Shown: positions 1-9,746, counted from the first letter of the stretch. The stretch is DNA of 64,000 nt from Sedimentisphaerales bacterium (GCA_963663965.2 CAXXFK010000025.1:64001-128000), one strand, 5' to 3'. The notes: generated by a model not told the origin, from the letters alone. Numbers and translations are program-made.

Positions 1-2
1 TC

Positions 3-164
3 GGACTCGACGGCTACGACCGCGGCGCCGACCTGCTCCGCGACTTCTTCGTTCAGGAACTCGAACCCTACCTCGATGAAGATGACCTCCACCCGCTCGG
101 CCGCCGCATCATCAAACACGTCATCGGCGGACCCTACCTCGAAACCCTGGAAAACCTGATCTAA
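3..164 (+). CDS. 3' end of a CDS running in from the left edge, resembling the DUF4914 family C-terminus
   Basis: Open frame GLDGYDRGADLLRDFFVQELEPYLDEDDLHPLGRRIIKHVIGGPYLETLENLI* ending at TAA 162-164. Same C-rich codon usage as the next gene. Family call is from recalled similarity only. Confidence 0.6.
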   Translation, partial: GLDGYDRGADLLRDFFVQELEPYLDEDDLHPLGRRIIKHVIGGPYLETLENLI

Positions 165-171
165 CGATATT

Positions 172-1413
172 ATGATGAAGTTTATCCCGATTAGCGTATT
201 TAGCGTTATTTTGTCTATCGTTACCCTGGCTCTGGCCGATTGGCCCGAGTTCCACGGCCCCAACGGTTCTGGCATCGCTCCCGATGCCCAACCCCCGATC
301 ATCTGGAGCGCCACCCGGAACATCACCTGGTCAACGCCCATCCCCGGCAGCGGCTGGTCCTCCCCGGTTATTTCCCACGGTAAAATCTACCTGACCGCCG
401 CCACCGTCACCGGCGACACCCTCCAGGCCCTGCGCGTTCTTTGTGTGGATATGACTACCGGTGCCATCGATTGGGACCAGCCGGTTTTCGGTCCCTCCGA
501 CAAAGCCGTCAAGCACACCAAAAACAGCCACGCCAGTTCTTCGGTGATCGTCGCCGACAACCGGATCTACGCCCACTTCGGCTACCTGGGCACCGCCTGC
601 CTCGATCCCGCCGGCGCCATCCTCTGGACCAGTGATCAGCTCTATTACGATCCCATGCACGGCAACGGCGGCTCCCCGGTCATCTTCGACGACAAACTCA
701 TCTTCCATTGCGACGCCAAAACCGATCCATACATCGCCGCCCTCGATACCCATACCGGCAACGTCGCCTGGCGCACACCCCGCGGCCCGGTCAAAGCCCG
801 CAACAAATTCTCTTTTTGTACCCCCATCCTGGTCCCGGTCGCCGGCCAGACCCAACTCATCAGTCCCGCCAGCGGCGCCGTCTTTGCCTGCGACCCCGCC
901 ACCGGCCGCGAACTCTGGCGCTTTGATTACGGCAACGGCTACTCCGTTACCCCGCGTCCCGTCACCGGCCACGGCCTGGTCTTTGTCAGCAGCGGCTTCG
1001 GCGATGACACCATCTACGCCATCCGGCCCGGCGGCTCCGGCAACGTCACCAGCTCCCACCTCGCCTGGAAAAACAAAGGCGACGCGCCCAACACCCCGTC
1101 CCTGCTCCTGGTCGGCGATGAACTCTATTACGTCGCCGATACCGGCAAAATGTCCTGCGTCGACGCCCGCACCGGCAAACCCCACTGGCAGCAGCGCGTC
1201 GCCGGCAAATACTCCTCCTCACCCGTTTGCGCCGACGGCCGCATCTATATTACCAACGAATCCGGCCTCACCTCCGTCCTCAAAGCCGGCCCCGCCTTCC
1301 AGCTCCTCGCCGAAAACGACCTCGCCGAAACCACCTACGCCACCCCGGCCCTCGCCGCCAACGCCCTCTTCATCCGCACCGAATCAAAACTCTACCGCAT
1401 CGAAAACAAATAA
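172..1413 (+). CDS. PQQ-like/BamB-type beta-propeller repeat protein, secreted
   Basis: Signal peptide, then DWPEFHGPNGSG, GSGWSSPVI, repeated 'D..TG...W' blades, YSSSPV and YATPAL. Typical planctomycete PQQ_2 family. Confidence 0.9.
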   Translation: MMKFIPISVFSVILSIVTLALADWPEFHGPNGSGIAPDAQPPIIWSATRNITWSTPIPGSGWSSPVISHGKIYLTAATVTGDTLQALRVLCVDMTTGAIDWDQPVFGPSDKAVKHTKNSHASSSVIVADNRIYAHFGYLGTACLDPAGAILWTSDQLYYDPMHGNGGSPVIFDDKLIFHCDAKTDPYIAALDTHTGNVAWRTPRGPVKARNKFSFCTPILVPVAGQTQLISPASGAVFACDPATGRELWRFDYGNGYSVTPRPVTGHGLVFVSSGFGDDTIYAIRPGGSGNVTSSHLAWKNKGDAPNTPSLLLVGDELYYVADTGKMSCVDARTGKPHWQQRVAGKYSSSPVCADGRIYITNESGLTSVLKAGPAFQLLAENDLAETTYATPALAANALFIRTESKLYRIENK

Positions 1414-1448
1414 CCGGCTGTTCTATTCTTCCATTCCTTCCCTTTTCG

Positions 1449-2897
1449 CTACTTGACCGGTTCAAAAATAATCCGGCGATAAGCCGTCAGACCGGGTGTC
1501 CCGTCGTCCGTTACTTCACAGATCACATGAAAGCGCTTCCCGGCAGAACCGCCTGGCGCCGTTACGGTTATCCGGCTGGCATGTTTATCCGATAGTGCGA
1601 TTTCCTGTCTCCAACTGCCCGCCTCTGGCAGTACCCACCACGAGAAGGCCGGTTTATCTCCATCCGGATCGTAAGACGCCGAAGCGTCCAGAGTCACCGC
1701 GGCCCCTTCCTTTGGCCTGACCGTAATAATATCCAGCCCGTCCTTGCCATTGACCACCGCCACCGGATTACGATTCCCTCGACCATCCTTGGCCCAGTCC
1801 ATCCGTGCGGCAAAATTATTGAACGTTGCCGGATAAAAATAAGCCTCATAGTTACGGGACACCTCTTTGGTCCGGCCCTGGTGATTCTGATAGGCATGAG
1901 TCTCGTTATCCCGACAGGGTCCCCATTCGAAATATCCGCCCCAGCCAACCTGGTTGGCGACCGTCGGATCGTTCAATCCATTGGGCAACACATGCAGAAA
2001 CGACGGGGTATCGCCTTCGACGCCCCACTTGAATTTCGGATAAATCTGACCCAGGCTCCCATGATTCTGGATTTGGTCGGCGTACGTTTCCCAGTTGCTT
2101 TTCCCCATCCCATTTTGCGATAGCCACGCGCTCTCGTCCCAGATAAAGAACAGGTCCTTTTCAAACGCTTTCCGCAGCCACTGATGCGAGCTGAATGCCA
2201 GATTCGCCCGATCGCCATAAGGCACATCCTGATCCGTTATGGTATACACATACAATCGACCCAGAAAAGCCTTTAGCTGTTCCGGCGTGCGCTCTTTTTG
2301 TACCTTCCAGACCGCCTGCGCCAGCGTATTGCCGCCGCCCCAGACCGTTATCCACAACGGCCGCCCGTCGTTTTCATCCGCCAGTTTAATGATCAGATCG
2401 CTCCCGGCCGAGTGGTTGTCATCCCCCAGCGCCTGATACCCCATCTTCAAACTGCCAAACACCGTACGGCTCCGCAGGTAATCGACGCTCGGCCAGTATC
2501 CAATCCTCTGTTGACCGGCCTCCTGGTCCCGTGCCAGGAAATCCGTTTGCCCCGATCGTTTCATCAGGTTGGGCAGATCCCGTTCGTACGCGTCCAGGGT
2601 CGCCTTCAGATACGCCATCCACTCTTTCGGATAGCCGGCCTTCCCGCTGCTGTTCCAGCCGCTTGTGGCAACCAGACCCTCGATCTCGAACAGGTCGGCA
2701 TGGACCAGCAGCCGGACCATCGATTCCATATCATCCGGCTCGATATCGCCCGGCGCGATATCCGTCAAAACCACGATACGGGGCTTCAGCCCCGCCGCAT
2801 CGCCCGCACTTTTAGCGCCGGCCGCATCACAGGCAATTGGCGTCAAAGTAACCGCCAGCAACAAAGTCATAACCAGCTTCTTCATATCCATCTCCAA
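1449..2897 (-). CDS. DUF1593 (nucleoside hydrolase-like) protein with C-terminal Ig-like/PKD-like domain
   Basis: KPRIVVLTDI...EPDDMESMVRLL, WGGGNTLAQA, EGDTPSFL, GWGG, FAARMDW, LDASASYDPDGD, HVICEVTDDGTPGLTAYRRII. Confidence 0.85.
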   Translation of the reverse strand: MEMDMKKLVMTLLLAVTLTPIACDAAGAKSAGDAAGLKPRIVVLTDIAPGDIEPDDMESMVRLLVHADLFEIEGLVATSGWNSSGKAGYPKEWMAYLKATLDAYERDLPNLMKRSGQTDFLARDQEAGQQRIGYWPSVDYLRSRTVFGSLKMGYQALGDDNHSAGSDLIIKLADENDGRPLWITVWGGGNTLAQAVWKVQKERTPEQLKAFLGRLYVYTITDQDVPYGDRANLAFSSHQWLRKAFEKDLFFIWDESAWLSQNGMGKSNWETYADQIQNHGSLGQIYPKFKWGVEGDTPSFLHVLPNGLNDPTVANQVGWGGYFEWGPCRDNETHAYQNHQGRTKEVSRNYEAYFYPATFNNFAARMDWAKDGRGNRNPVAVVNGKDGLDIITVRPKEGAAVTLDASASYDPDGDKPAFSWWVLPEAGSWRQEIALSDKHASRITVTAPGGSAGKRFHVICEVTDDGTPGLTAYRRIIFEPVK

Positions 2898-3025
2898 ATA
2901 ATTGAGTTTGCAGCCAGGTTAATAAACGGGTTTGCCTTTACCGGTTAAGGTCCCATCCCAGAGATCTGGCCCGGATCGGCTCTCACCCATTATAGCAGCG
3001 CTTACTCAACATTGCCATATTCTTT

Positions 3026-3545
3026 ATCCTGTCTAACCGGCCGTTATATTTTTTCTCAAATCTCAAATTCCCCCTCTTCAAACCTCCATTTCTATCTCCC
3101 ATTCCTTTCCTCAATTGAGTGTCCATTCGTCCCGATTCATCGGGGTTCGTGGTTCGCCCCGGCCCTGCCGGCTTGGCTGTTTCTCTTCGTGTGAACCTAT
3201 TTTCTTTTGATTTTTTTCCGCGTATTCCGTGTATTCCGTGGTCAACCCGGCTGTTATATTTTTAAATCAATTCCTAATTCTTAAATCCTGTCAATCGGCT
3301 GAAAGTCCCGGATATTGAGCAAAGCGAAATCCCGAGTCATCGGGATCGGGATTATCCTGTCCAAAAAACTGTTATATTATTCTTCCCCTTCGTGTAGCGC
3401 CGTAGGTCGTTGATCCGCCTAAGGAGGACGCTCTTCGTGCAGCCGCAGGCGTCTTCGTGGTTCAACCGGCTGTTATATTTTTTACCTTTCATCCGCTTTT
3501 TTAATTTAGTGTCCATTCGTGGTTCGGCTGTTTGGCTGTTTATTT
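3026..3545. repeat. Array of about six units, each a short imperfect tandem repeat followed by the shared motif AACCGGCTGTTATATT
   Basis: Motif copies at 3035 (aaccggccgttatatt), 3244 (aacccggctgttatatt) and 3464 (aaccggctgttatatt). Partial copies at 3175, 3367, 3525 and 3534. A further copy at 1412 (aaccggctgttctatt). Confidence 0.75.
3285..3361 (-). repeat. 77-bp composite repeat, inverted copy of 39382-39458
   Basis: Reverse complement gacaggataatcccgatcccgatgactcgggatttcgctttgctcaatatccgggactttcagccgattgacaggat matches 39382-39458 at 73 of 77 positions (manual alignment). Confidence 0.9.
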
Positions 3546-3743
3546 CGCCTGTGGTCCTCCCCAGATTTTCTATTGATATAATCCCCATGACAGGTTAAAA
3601 TATCTTAATAAACCTGTAATCAAAGCCATTGGATTACGTCTATATACTAAAGGTTCTTACTTGGAGCTTGGTATCGTAAGTGTTTGATTAAATTGGAGAT
3701 CTGGAAAACCCGGAACAAAGGACATCCCAAAGGAGTATCCCTC

Positions 3744-4622
3744 ATGAAAGCCCGGTGCCAAGCCCCCAAAGCGTTTACCCTGGTCGATTTACTGGTTATT
3801 ATTACGATCATTGCCTTAGTATTGGCCATCTGGAGCCCCGTCAGTTCCCGGGCCAAACAACAGACAATGGCCGCGGTCTGCCTGTCGAACCAGAAAGCCC
3901 TGGCCATGGCCTGGACTGTCTATGCCGATGACAACAACCGCAGGCTCATCGGCGGCAATGCCAGCGGACCGGCCACCGGCGGCTATAACTACAGCAGCTG
4001 GCCCGGTTCAGAATCAACCTGGTGCCTGGAACCGACCAGAACTGAAAGTTCCCCGGAACAGCCGATACGTGCCATAACGGACACAGTGACTCTGGAACAA
4101 CGCTTTTACGGTATTCGTCTGGGCAAACTCTACCCCTATATTAAAAGGGTTGAGCCCTATCATTGCCCGGCCGATCCCTCGATCCAAAAAGCCCAACCCT
4201 TGGATATGTACCGTTCCTATTCCATTACCGGCACCATGAACGGCGAAGATGACCCGGATCATCATCCCTCTCAAGCCAAAAAAGCCTATGTCAAAATGGG
4301 TGAAATCAAAAAACCGGCCGCCAAAATGGTCTTCATCGAAGAATATTCACCGGAACAGTCCTGGTTGCATGGCAGCTGGGTCATGCATCTCTACAATCCG
4401 GATTATTACACTTTCTGGGATATCCCGGCCATCTGGCACGACCGGAAAAGCACGCTCAGTTTCGCCGATGGCCACGTCGAAATGGTCCAGTGGCAGGATG
4501 AACGCACCATTGAACTCGCCACCCTGAGCTGGTCTGAAGCCAGCGCTAAGAAAGCAGAGTATTCATATAAAAATCCCGATCTGGATTTCCTCTACCAGGC
4601 CCTGGGCGGTATCCCAAAGTAA
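3744..4622 (+). CDS. Prepilin-type N-terminal cleavage / H-X9-DG domain protein (DUF1559-like)
   Basis: AFTLVDLLVIITIIALVLAI, CLSNQKAL, YHCPAD and WHDRKSTLSFADGHVE. AGGAG RBS precedes ATG 3744 (ORF track starts at 3684). Confidence 0.85.
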   Translation: MKARCQAPKAFTLVDLLVIITIIALVLAIWSPVSSRAKQQTMAAVCLSNQKALAMAWTVYADDNNRRLIGGNASGPATGGYNYSSWPGSESTWCLEPTRTESSPEQPIRAITDTVTLEQRFYGIRLGKLYPYIKRVEPYHCPADPSIQKAQPLDMYRSYSITGTMNGEDDPDHHPSQAKKAYVKMGEIKKPAAKMVFIEEYSPEQSWLHGSWVMHLYNPDYYTFWDIPAIWHDRKSTLSFADGHVEMVQWQDERTIELATLSWSEASAKKAEYSYKNPDLDFLYQALGGIPK

Positions 4623-4710
4623 ACCACCACATCCTCCCCCGCAGGATGAGGCAAATTTCTAATTTGCCCATGCTGGTCTGAATAGTTTCCCTTATTGTGG
4701 AGGCATATGA

Positions 4711-6396
4711 ATGGAATTTAACGGCTATATCTGGCAATTATACCGGGAGTCGAAACAGGGTTCCGAAACGATCCGGCTATTTGAGCTCTTGCAAAACTAT
4801 GCCTATCGTTCCGAAATAAGCCGGATCAGATATCAGGATACCTTTGAAAAACGCTTCAAAGGTTCTCCGCTGGCCGAAGGATTGCAGCGCTTATTGAAAC
4901 GAATCGAAGACGAAGGTGATTTGTCTGATATAGAGGTATTATCTGATCTGGTGTGGGAGGCTTTGAGGCAGGAAGCCAATATTAGTGTTTATTTAAATGA
5001 GGAATTTCAAGATTTATTTGATAGTGATGATCAAGATGTTATTGAGAAGTTGAAAAAGATAAGCCATGCAATCAACGAATCTCAATTATATGAAGGCATC
5101 GATTCGTTAGAGAAGGCCGAAGTGCTTTTTGATCTGGTTGATGAATACGGTATTTGGGATCATGATGATGAGTTAGAAATGGAGTGTTTTTATGATTCTG
5201 ATGACAATGAAAGGTTAGGTAATATTGACATAATATCACTGGCGCTTTCCTTTATTGCACCTGATTATTTTTTGCCTTATCTGTTCAGTCGGCAGTTTTA
5301 TCGACTCCAGGCCGTTGCTGAAATATTCCTGATTGACCTGCCCCCCGTGCCGGTCCGTCGTCAATATCGCGAGCGGTTCCGTTATTATTGGAAACTGTGT
5401 GAATTGTTGTATGAATTTCGCACTCAACATCATATGACCGCGGCTGAGTTGTGTGCTTTTCTTTACGATTTCGCGCATCAGTTTATCGATAATTACAAGG
5501 TTGCGGAATTGCCGGAACCGGCCGGAGTGTATATGACAGGCGGCCATCGAGGCGATCAGGAGTATCTGGAAACCGCTGATGATAATACCTCGAGTTTCTG
5601 GGCCGGGGATACGGATACCCTGCCCGGTGATATTGTGGTAATGTATGCTCTGAATCCCATGAGTTGTGTTCATTCGATCTGGCGGGCATTAACCCCTGGA
5701 TTTGCCGACCCCTTTTTTTATTATCGAAAACAGGTCTTGCTTGGTCATTATCAACGGGTTAAACCGATTACCCAGAAAGAAATGGAGTCCGATCCAATTC
5801 TGGGGCAATGGGGTCTGGTCCGGGGCAATATGCAGGGGGTGGGCGGCCGGTATATGGACCGTAAATATTATGATCGGTTGTTGGAATTATTACGGGAGAA
5901 AGGGGAAGATATTGATCGTTTGCCTAAACCGGCGTATACTGGCTTGGAAAACAATTCAATTGAGATTAAGAATGAGCGTGATGTAGAAATTCATTTGTTG
6001 GAACCACTGCTTCATAAACTGGGCTATTCCGACTCCGATTGGGTTAGACAACTGGTAGTGCGGATGGGGCGGGGTGACAAAGTTTACCCGGATTATGTAT
6101 TACAGCCACAAACCCGAAAAGGAGAGGAAAGTGGCAGATTTGTCTGTGAGGCCAAATTCCGTATCCCACACGAAAAACAATTGCATCAGGATTTTTTGCA
6201 GGCCCGGTCGTATGCCCTGAGGTTGTCGTGTGAAGCCTTGATGTTAGTGGCTTTCGATGGGGTTTGGATAAGCAGTACAAACGATGGCTATGTGTTTAAA
6301 AAGATCGTCAAATATTCATGGAATGATCTTCGGGAAGGAGATGGTTTATATAAGTTGAGGCAGCAATTCGGGAAAACCAGGGCGAAAAATAGTTAA
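4711..6396 (+). CDS. Putative restriction-type nuclease: helical N-terminus, EVE/PUA-like domain, C-terminal HSDR_N-like PD-(D/E)xK domain
   Basis: Central FWAGDTDTLPGDIVVMY...IWRA...ITQKEMESDPILGQW...NMQG resembles EVE. C-terminal NERDVEIHLLEPLLHKLGY...YPDYVL...CEAK...QARSYA matches the type I HsdR N-terminal nuclease pattern. More AT-rich than its neighbours. Confidence 0.65.
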   Translation: MEFNGYIWQLYRESKQGSETIRLFELLQNYAYRSEISRIRYQDTFEKRFKGSPLAEGLQRLLKRIEDEGDLSDIEVLSDLVWEALRQEANISVYLNEEFQDLFDSDDQDVIEKLKKISHAINESQLYEGIDSLEKAEVLFDLVDEYGIWDHDDELEMECFYDSDDNERLGNIDIISLALSFIAPDYFLPYLFSRQFYRLQAVAEIFLIDLPPVPVRRQYRERFRYYWKLCELLYEFRTQHHMTAAELCAFLYDFAHQFIDNYKVAELPEPAGVYMTGGHRGDQEYLETADDNTSSFWAGDTDTLPGDIVVMYALNPMSCVHSIWRALTPGFADPFFYYRKQVLLGHYQRVKPITQKEMESDPILGQWGLVRGNMQGVGGRYMDRKYYDRLLELLREKGEDIDRLPKPAYTGLENNSIEIKNERDVEIHLLEPLLHKLGYSDSDWVRQLVVRMGRGDKVYPDYVLQPQTRKGEESGRFVCEAKFRIPHEKQLHQDFLQARSYALRLSCEALMLVAFDGVWISSTNDGYVFKKIVKYSWNDLREGDGLYKLRQQFGKTRAKNS

Positions 6397-6595
6397 ATCC
6401 CGTCGATCAAGTTCAAAAAACGCCCATCATATTTTATAATGTCTCAATTTAGAGCCATACAACAGATTTACTCCCAAAACTCCCATACTTCCCATAACTC
6501 CCACTCAAGTACCACCGACATCCTGCCCGTGATTTCCCCTGTATCAATTCCATCAATCTCACAATATCAACCGGATTCACATTAACATTAACGAA

Positions 6596-6705
6596 ACCCG
6601 AAGGGGCGAAGATCCGCCTCCGGCGGATTGCCAGTTCCTGGCCGGGGGTGTCAACCCGCCGGAATAAGTGCCCCCAACCAATCAAAGCCCTGAAAGGCCG
6701 ACAGA
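6596..6705. repeat. REP-like element (CCCGAAGGGGCG ... GCCCTGAAAGGCCG) with a nested ATCCGCC-TCC-GGCGGAT palindrome
   Basis: cccgaaggggcgaa near 6597, palindrome at 6612-6628, gggggtgtcaaccc near 6644, agccctgaaaggccgac near 6686. Intergenic. Confidence 0.5.
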
Positions 6706-7694
6706 GGGGGAAATTAAGTGGGCATTCTGAATTTCTGCATTTATTCCGTGGCCGGCTCCTTGGTCTTCCCTGCTTATACGGCATACCATTGAAAATACCC
6801 GCTTGGCATTACAAAACATCATTATAAAACACAGTGTATATTATTTTATTGACAAACCCTGAAATCAACATAAATCTTTATTAAATAAACCATTAAGAAT
6901 AAATCAGCCAAATTTTATATCTGAAACCAATCTGTCATAAAAATTTAAATACAAAAATATTATGTTATATAATAGAAAAACATAATATTTAATTTGCTTT
7001 TAACTATAACTCGGTCTATAATACCAAAGTCGCCCCGATAGCCCCCGAACCACCCGCCTGAACCAGGCGTGCCCCGCCCCAACCGGCCACGCCCGCAGAG
7101 TCCCTCTGCGCATAGACCGTGGCGCCTTCAAGCGTAGCGAAGCGAAGCTTGTGGGTGCATACTCTTGGCCCCATACGATAGCGTGCGAACCAGACCCAAC
7201 CAGCCAATTTATTTTGGCTGTTAATAACTTACGAATGAAATGGAAACCAACAAAAACAACACAACCCGGCAACCCAGCCATAAAAGGCTTGAAAAGCCGA
7301 AAGTTTCTAGCCGGGGTCCGTAAGGCCCCGGTCAGCCCTCAACAAAGAATTGAGCTTATCCATAATAAAAAACATCATCCGCCTCAAGGCGGATACAAAT
7401 AATATCTCGGAGAGATCAAAAGCGCATAGCCCGCCAATTCATTGGCGGGAATACCCGAACCAGTGTAGAAAATTTTAACCCATGCCTCGTAGAGGCATAC
7501 CTGCAGGATTTCGCACCGGAGGCGAAAGATAAAACTAACCATGAGCGCAGCGAATACCAACTTAGAACAGAATCAATGGAGGCAAAACGAAACAAACCCA
7601 ATGCTTAAAATTATTACCATAACATCAACCAAAACTTGAACTTAACAATATACTGATTTACTAATTTTAATTCCATTTAACAGGAGGTACAACC

Positions 7695-8534
7695 ATGTCA
7701 TCGTCACTAAGAAGACTCAGAGCCAACCGTCGCAACGCCCAGAAATCCACCGGCCCCAAAACCCCCGAAGGCAAGGCCATCTCATCCAGAAACGCCATCA
7801 AACACGGCCTCAGCGGCCAGGACCCCGCCCACCTCATTGTCCCCGGCGAATCCGAACTCACCTATCTCGAATTCCGCGCCGCACTCCTGCAAGATCTCAA
7901 ACCAACAACTTATCTCCAGCGCCACATCGCCGACCAGATCGTCTCGGCCGCTTGGCGACTCGAACGACTCGGCCGCATCGAGGCCGAAATGGTCGACGCC
8001 CGCGTCTATAAACTCCGCCTCACCAACGAAGAAATCCGCAAAGACACCGTCATCGACCAGCCCTTCGCCCACTCCAGTATCTACCTTCCCCGCCACAACG
8101 AAGTCGGCACGGCCTTCACCCTCGAAACCCCCGCCTTCAACTGCCTGGCCCGCTACGAAGCCCACCTCAACCGTACCTTCCAGGCCAATCTTAAGCTCCT
8201 GCAACAGATACAATTACAACAAAAACCAAACGAACCCAATGTCTACCCCACGGAGTACCCATTTCCCGATTTACCCCGCGTCCACATCCCCGACCCGCCC
8301 AAAATCCCCACGCACCCCAGCGAAGCCAAATTGGCCCCCGAATACATCAAAGACCGACTCCCCGAATTGATGAAAGACCACAGCGTAACTGACGACCAGG
8401 TCTTCAGTTACGCCTGCAACCGCTACGAAGCCCTCAACACGTTCTCCCAGCAGAACGGCGAAGAAGCCCTCCACGCCCTCGGCATCCCCACCAAACCACC
8501 CGCCGATATCCCCATCCAGGAGGATAAGAAATAA
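7695..8534 (+). CDS. Conserved hypothetical protein with the N-terminal 'ANRRNAQKSTGPKTPEGK...NAIKHGL' motif
   Basis: AGGAGG RBS. The N-terminal motif plus 'LQRHIADQIVSAAWRLERL' and 'LARYEAHLNR' are typical of this uncharacterised family. KPNEPN motif follows the conserved part. Confidence 0.8.
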   Translation: MSSSLRRLRANRRNAQKSTGPKTPEGKAISSRNAIKHGLSGQDPAHLIVPGESELTYLEFRAALLQDLKPTTYLQRHIADQIVSAAWRLERLGRIEAEMVDARVYKLRLTNEEIRKDTVIDQPFAHSSIYLPRHNEVGTAFTLETPAFNCLARYEAHLNRTFQANLKLLQQIQLQQKPNEPNVYPTEYPFPDLPRVHIPDPPKIPTHPSEAKLAPEYIKDRLPELMKDHSVTDDQVFSYACNRYEALNTFSQQNGEEALHALGIPTKPPADIPIQEDKK

Positions 8535-8651
8535 ACTAACGCCAACCACCACAACCAGACCATAATCCCAACGGATTGAACAAAAAACCCAATCCAGCCA
8601 ATGCCCGTGCGCATCAAACAGGCATGACTCTCGTCTGCGATTCCCTCTGAG

Positions 8652-9746
8652 TTATTGATTCGTGTCTTTTAACGCTAATTTAGTCAGATCAAGCACAACA
8701 TGCTTTATCATCCTTCTTTGATACGTATAGGTGATATGCACCTTGCCATCCGAACCCTGAATAACCGCCGGATACGAATACTCACCTCTTACATCCTCCA
8801 ATAGAAAAGCCGGCTTCCAATCAAACCCATCATTGGAAATCGCCACATTCAACGGCGTCCGCCCCTCTTGCGTAGGGTTATAAACCAGCAGTTGCCTCCC
8901 ATCTCTCAATGTAACCGCATCGGTTCCGGCATTCGGATTCGGCAGCCGCGTCGCGCTCATCTCACCCCAGGTCCGGCCATTATCCTCCGACCAGCATTGC
9001 GTAATCACACCCTGCCGGCTGCGGCACAAAACCTGCATCTTTCCCTTGCCATACGTCAGGATACTCGGCTGGATCGCCCCGAATTCAATTCCATCATTCA
9101 CCGGCCCAACAACCTCCCAACTCTTACCCAGATCACTGGTCCGCTCAAAATGCACCCGCCAGCCCTGGTGCTCGGTACTGGCCGGACACAAGATCGTTCC
9201 ATCCGCAAGCTGAACCGGTTTATTCTTCACCGGCCCGATCAAATGCCCGATGGCTTTATCCTCTCCCAGCCGTCTGGCCTCACCCCAGCTCTTGCCATCA
9301 TCATCCGAAGTCTTCAGCATACCCCACCATTCTCGCGGATTGGGCCCCACCTTATAAAACAGCATCAAGACCCCACCCCGCTCCCGAAACAGCACCGGAT
9401 TCCAGCACGGATACCGTAATTCCGGCGACTGCACGCCATTCGCCACTTCAACCGGCTCAGACCACTTCTCGCCATTACGCCTCGCCACCCAGATGCCCAC
9501 ATCCGGATGCCGTTCATAAGGCCCGCCAAACCACGCCGCCACCAGTCCTCCCGGTGTTTCCACAATCGTCGACGCGTGACATTGCTCTGTCGGCCGGCTG
9601 TCCAGTTCAAATATCATCTCACCCATCTCATACCCCGCCTGCTCAGGGATCACACAATTAGGCTCTTCAGCACATAACAGTACCTGAAAACACAGTACGA
9701 TAATCAATAATCCGGTTTTAATAGATAATCTCATAACAATTTTCAA
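8652..9746 (-). CDS. BNR/Asp-box exo-alpha-sialidase-like protein (BNR_2)
   Basis: CHASTIVE, WNPVL, Asp-boxes SDDDGKSW, SDLGKSW and SEDNGRTW, GPVKNKP, IQPS, LPNPNAG, YSYPAVI. Confidence 0.85.
   Translation of the reverse strand: MKIVMRLSIKTGLLIIVLCFQVLLCAEEPNCVIPEQAGYEMGEMIFELDSRPTEQCHASTIVETPGGLVAAWFGGPYERHPDVGIWVARRNGEKWSEPVEVANGVQSPELRYPCWNPVLFRERGGVLMLFYKVGPNPREWWGMLKTSDDDGKSWGEARRLGEDKAIGHLIGPVKNKPVQLADGTILCPASTEHQGWRVHFERTSDLGKSWEVVGPVNDGIEFGAIQPSILTYGKGKMQVLCRSRQGVITQCWSEDNGRTWGEMSATRLPNPNAGTDAVTLRDGRQLLVYNPTQEGRTPLNVAISNDGFDWKPAFLLEDVRGEYSYPAVIQGSDGKVHITYTYQRRMIKHVVLDLTKLALKDTNQ

Noticed and set aside
2348..2356. DnaA box TTATCCACA
   Set aside because: A single copy inside a coding sequence, with no cluster.
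3026..3545. CRISPR array
   Set aside because: The repeat is only about 11-17 bp and degenerate, spacing is irregular (about 60-140 bp), the intervening sequences are themselves repeats, and there are no cas genes in the window.
6943..6970. dif/Xer site (ttatgttatat)
   Set aside because: Only a partial XerD-like arm in very AT-rich DNA, with no credible XerC arm.
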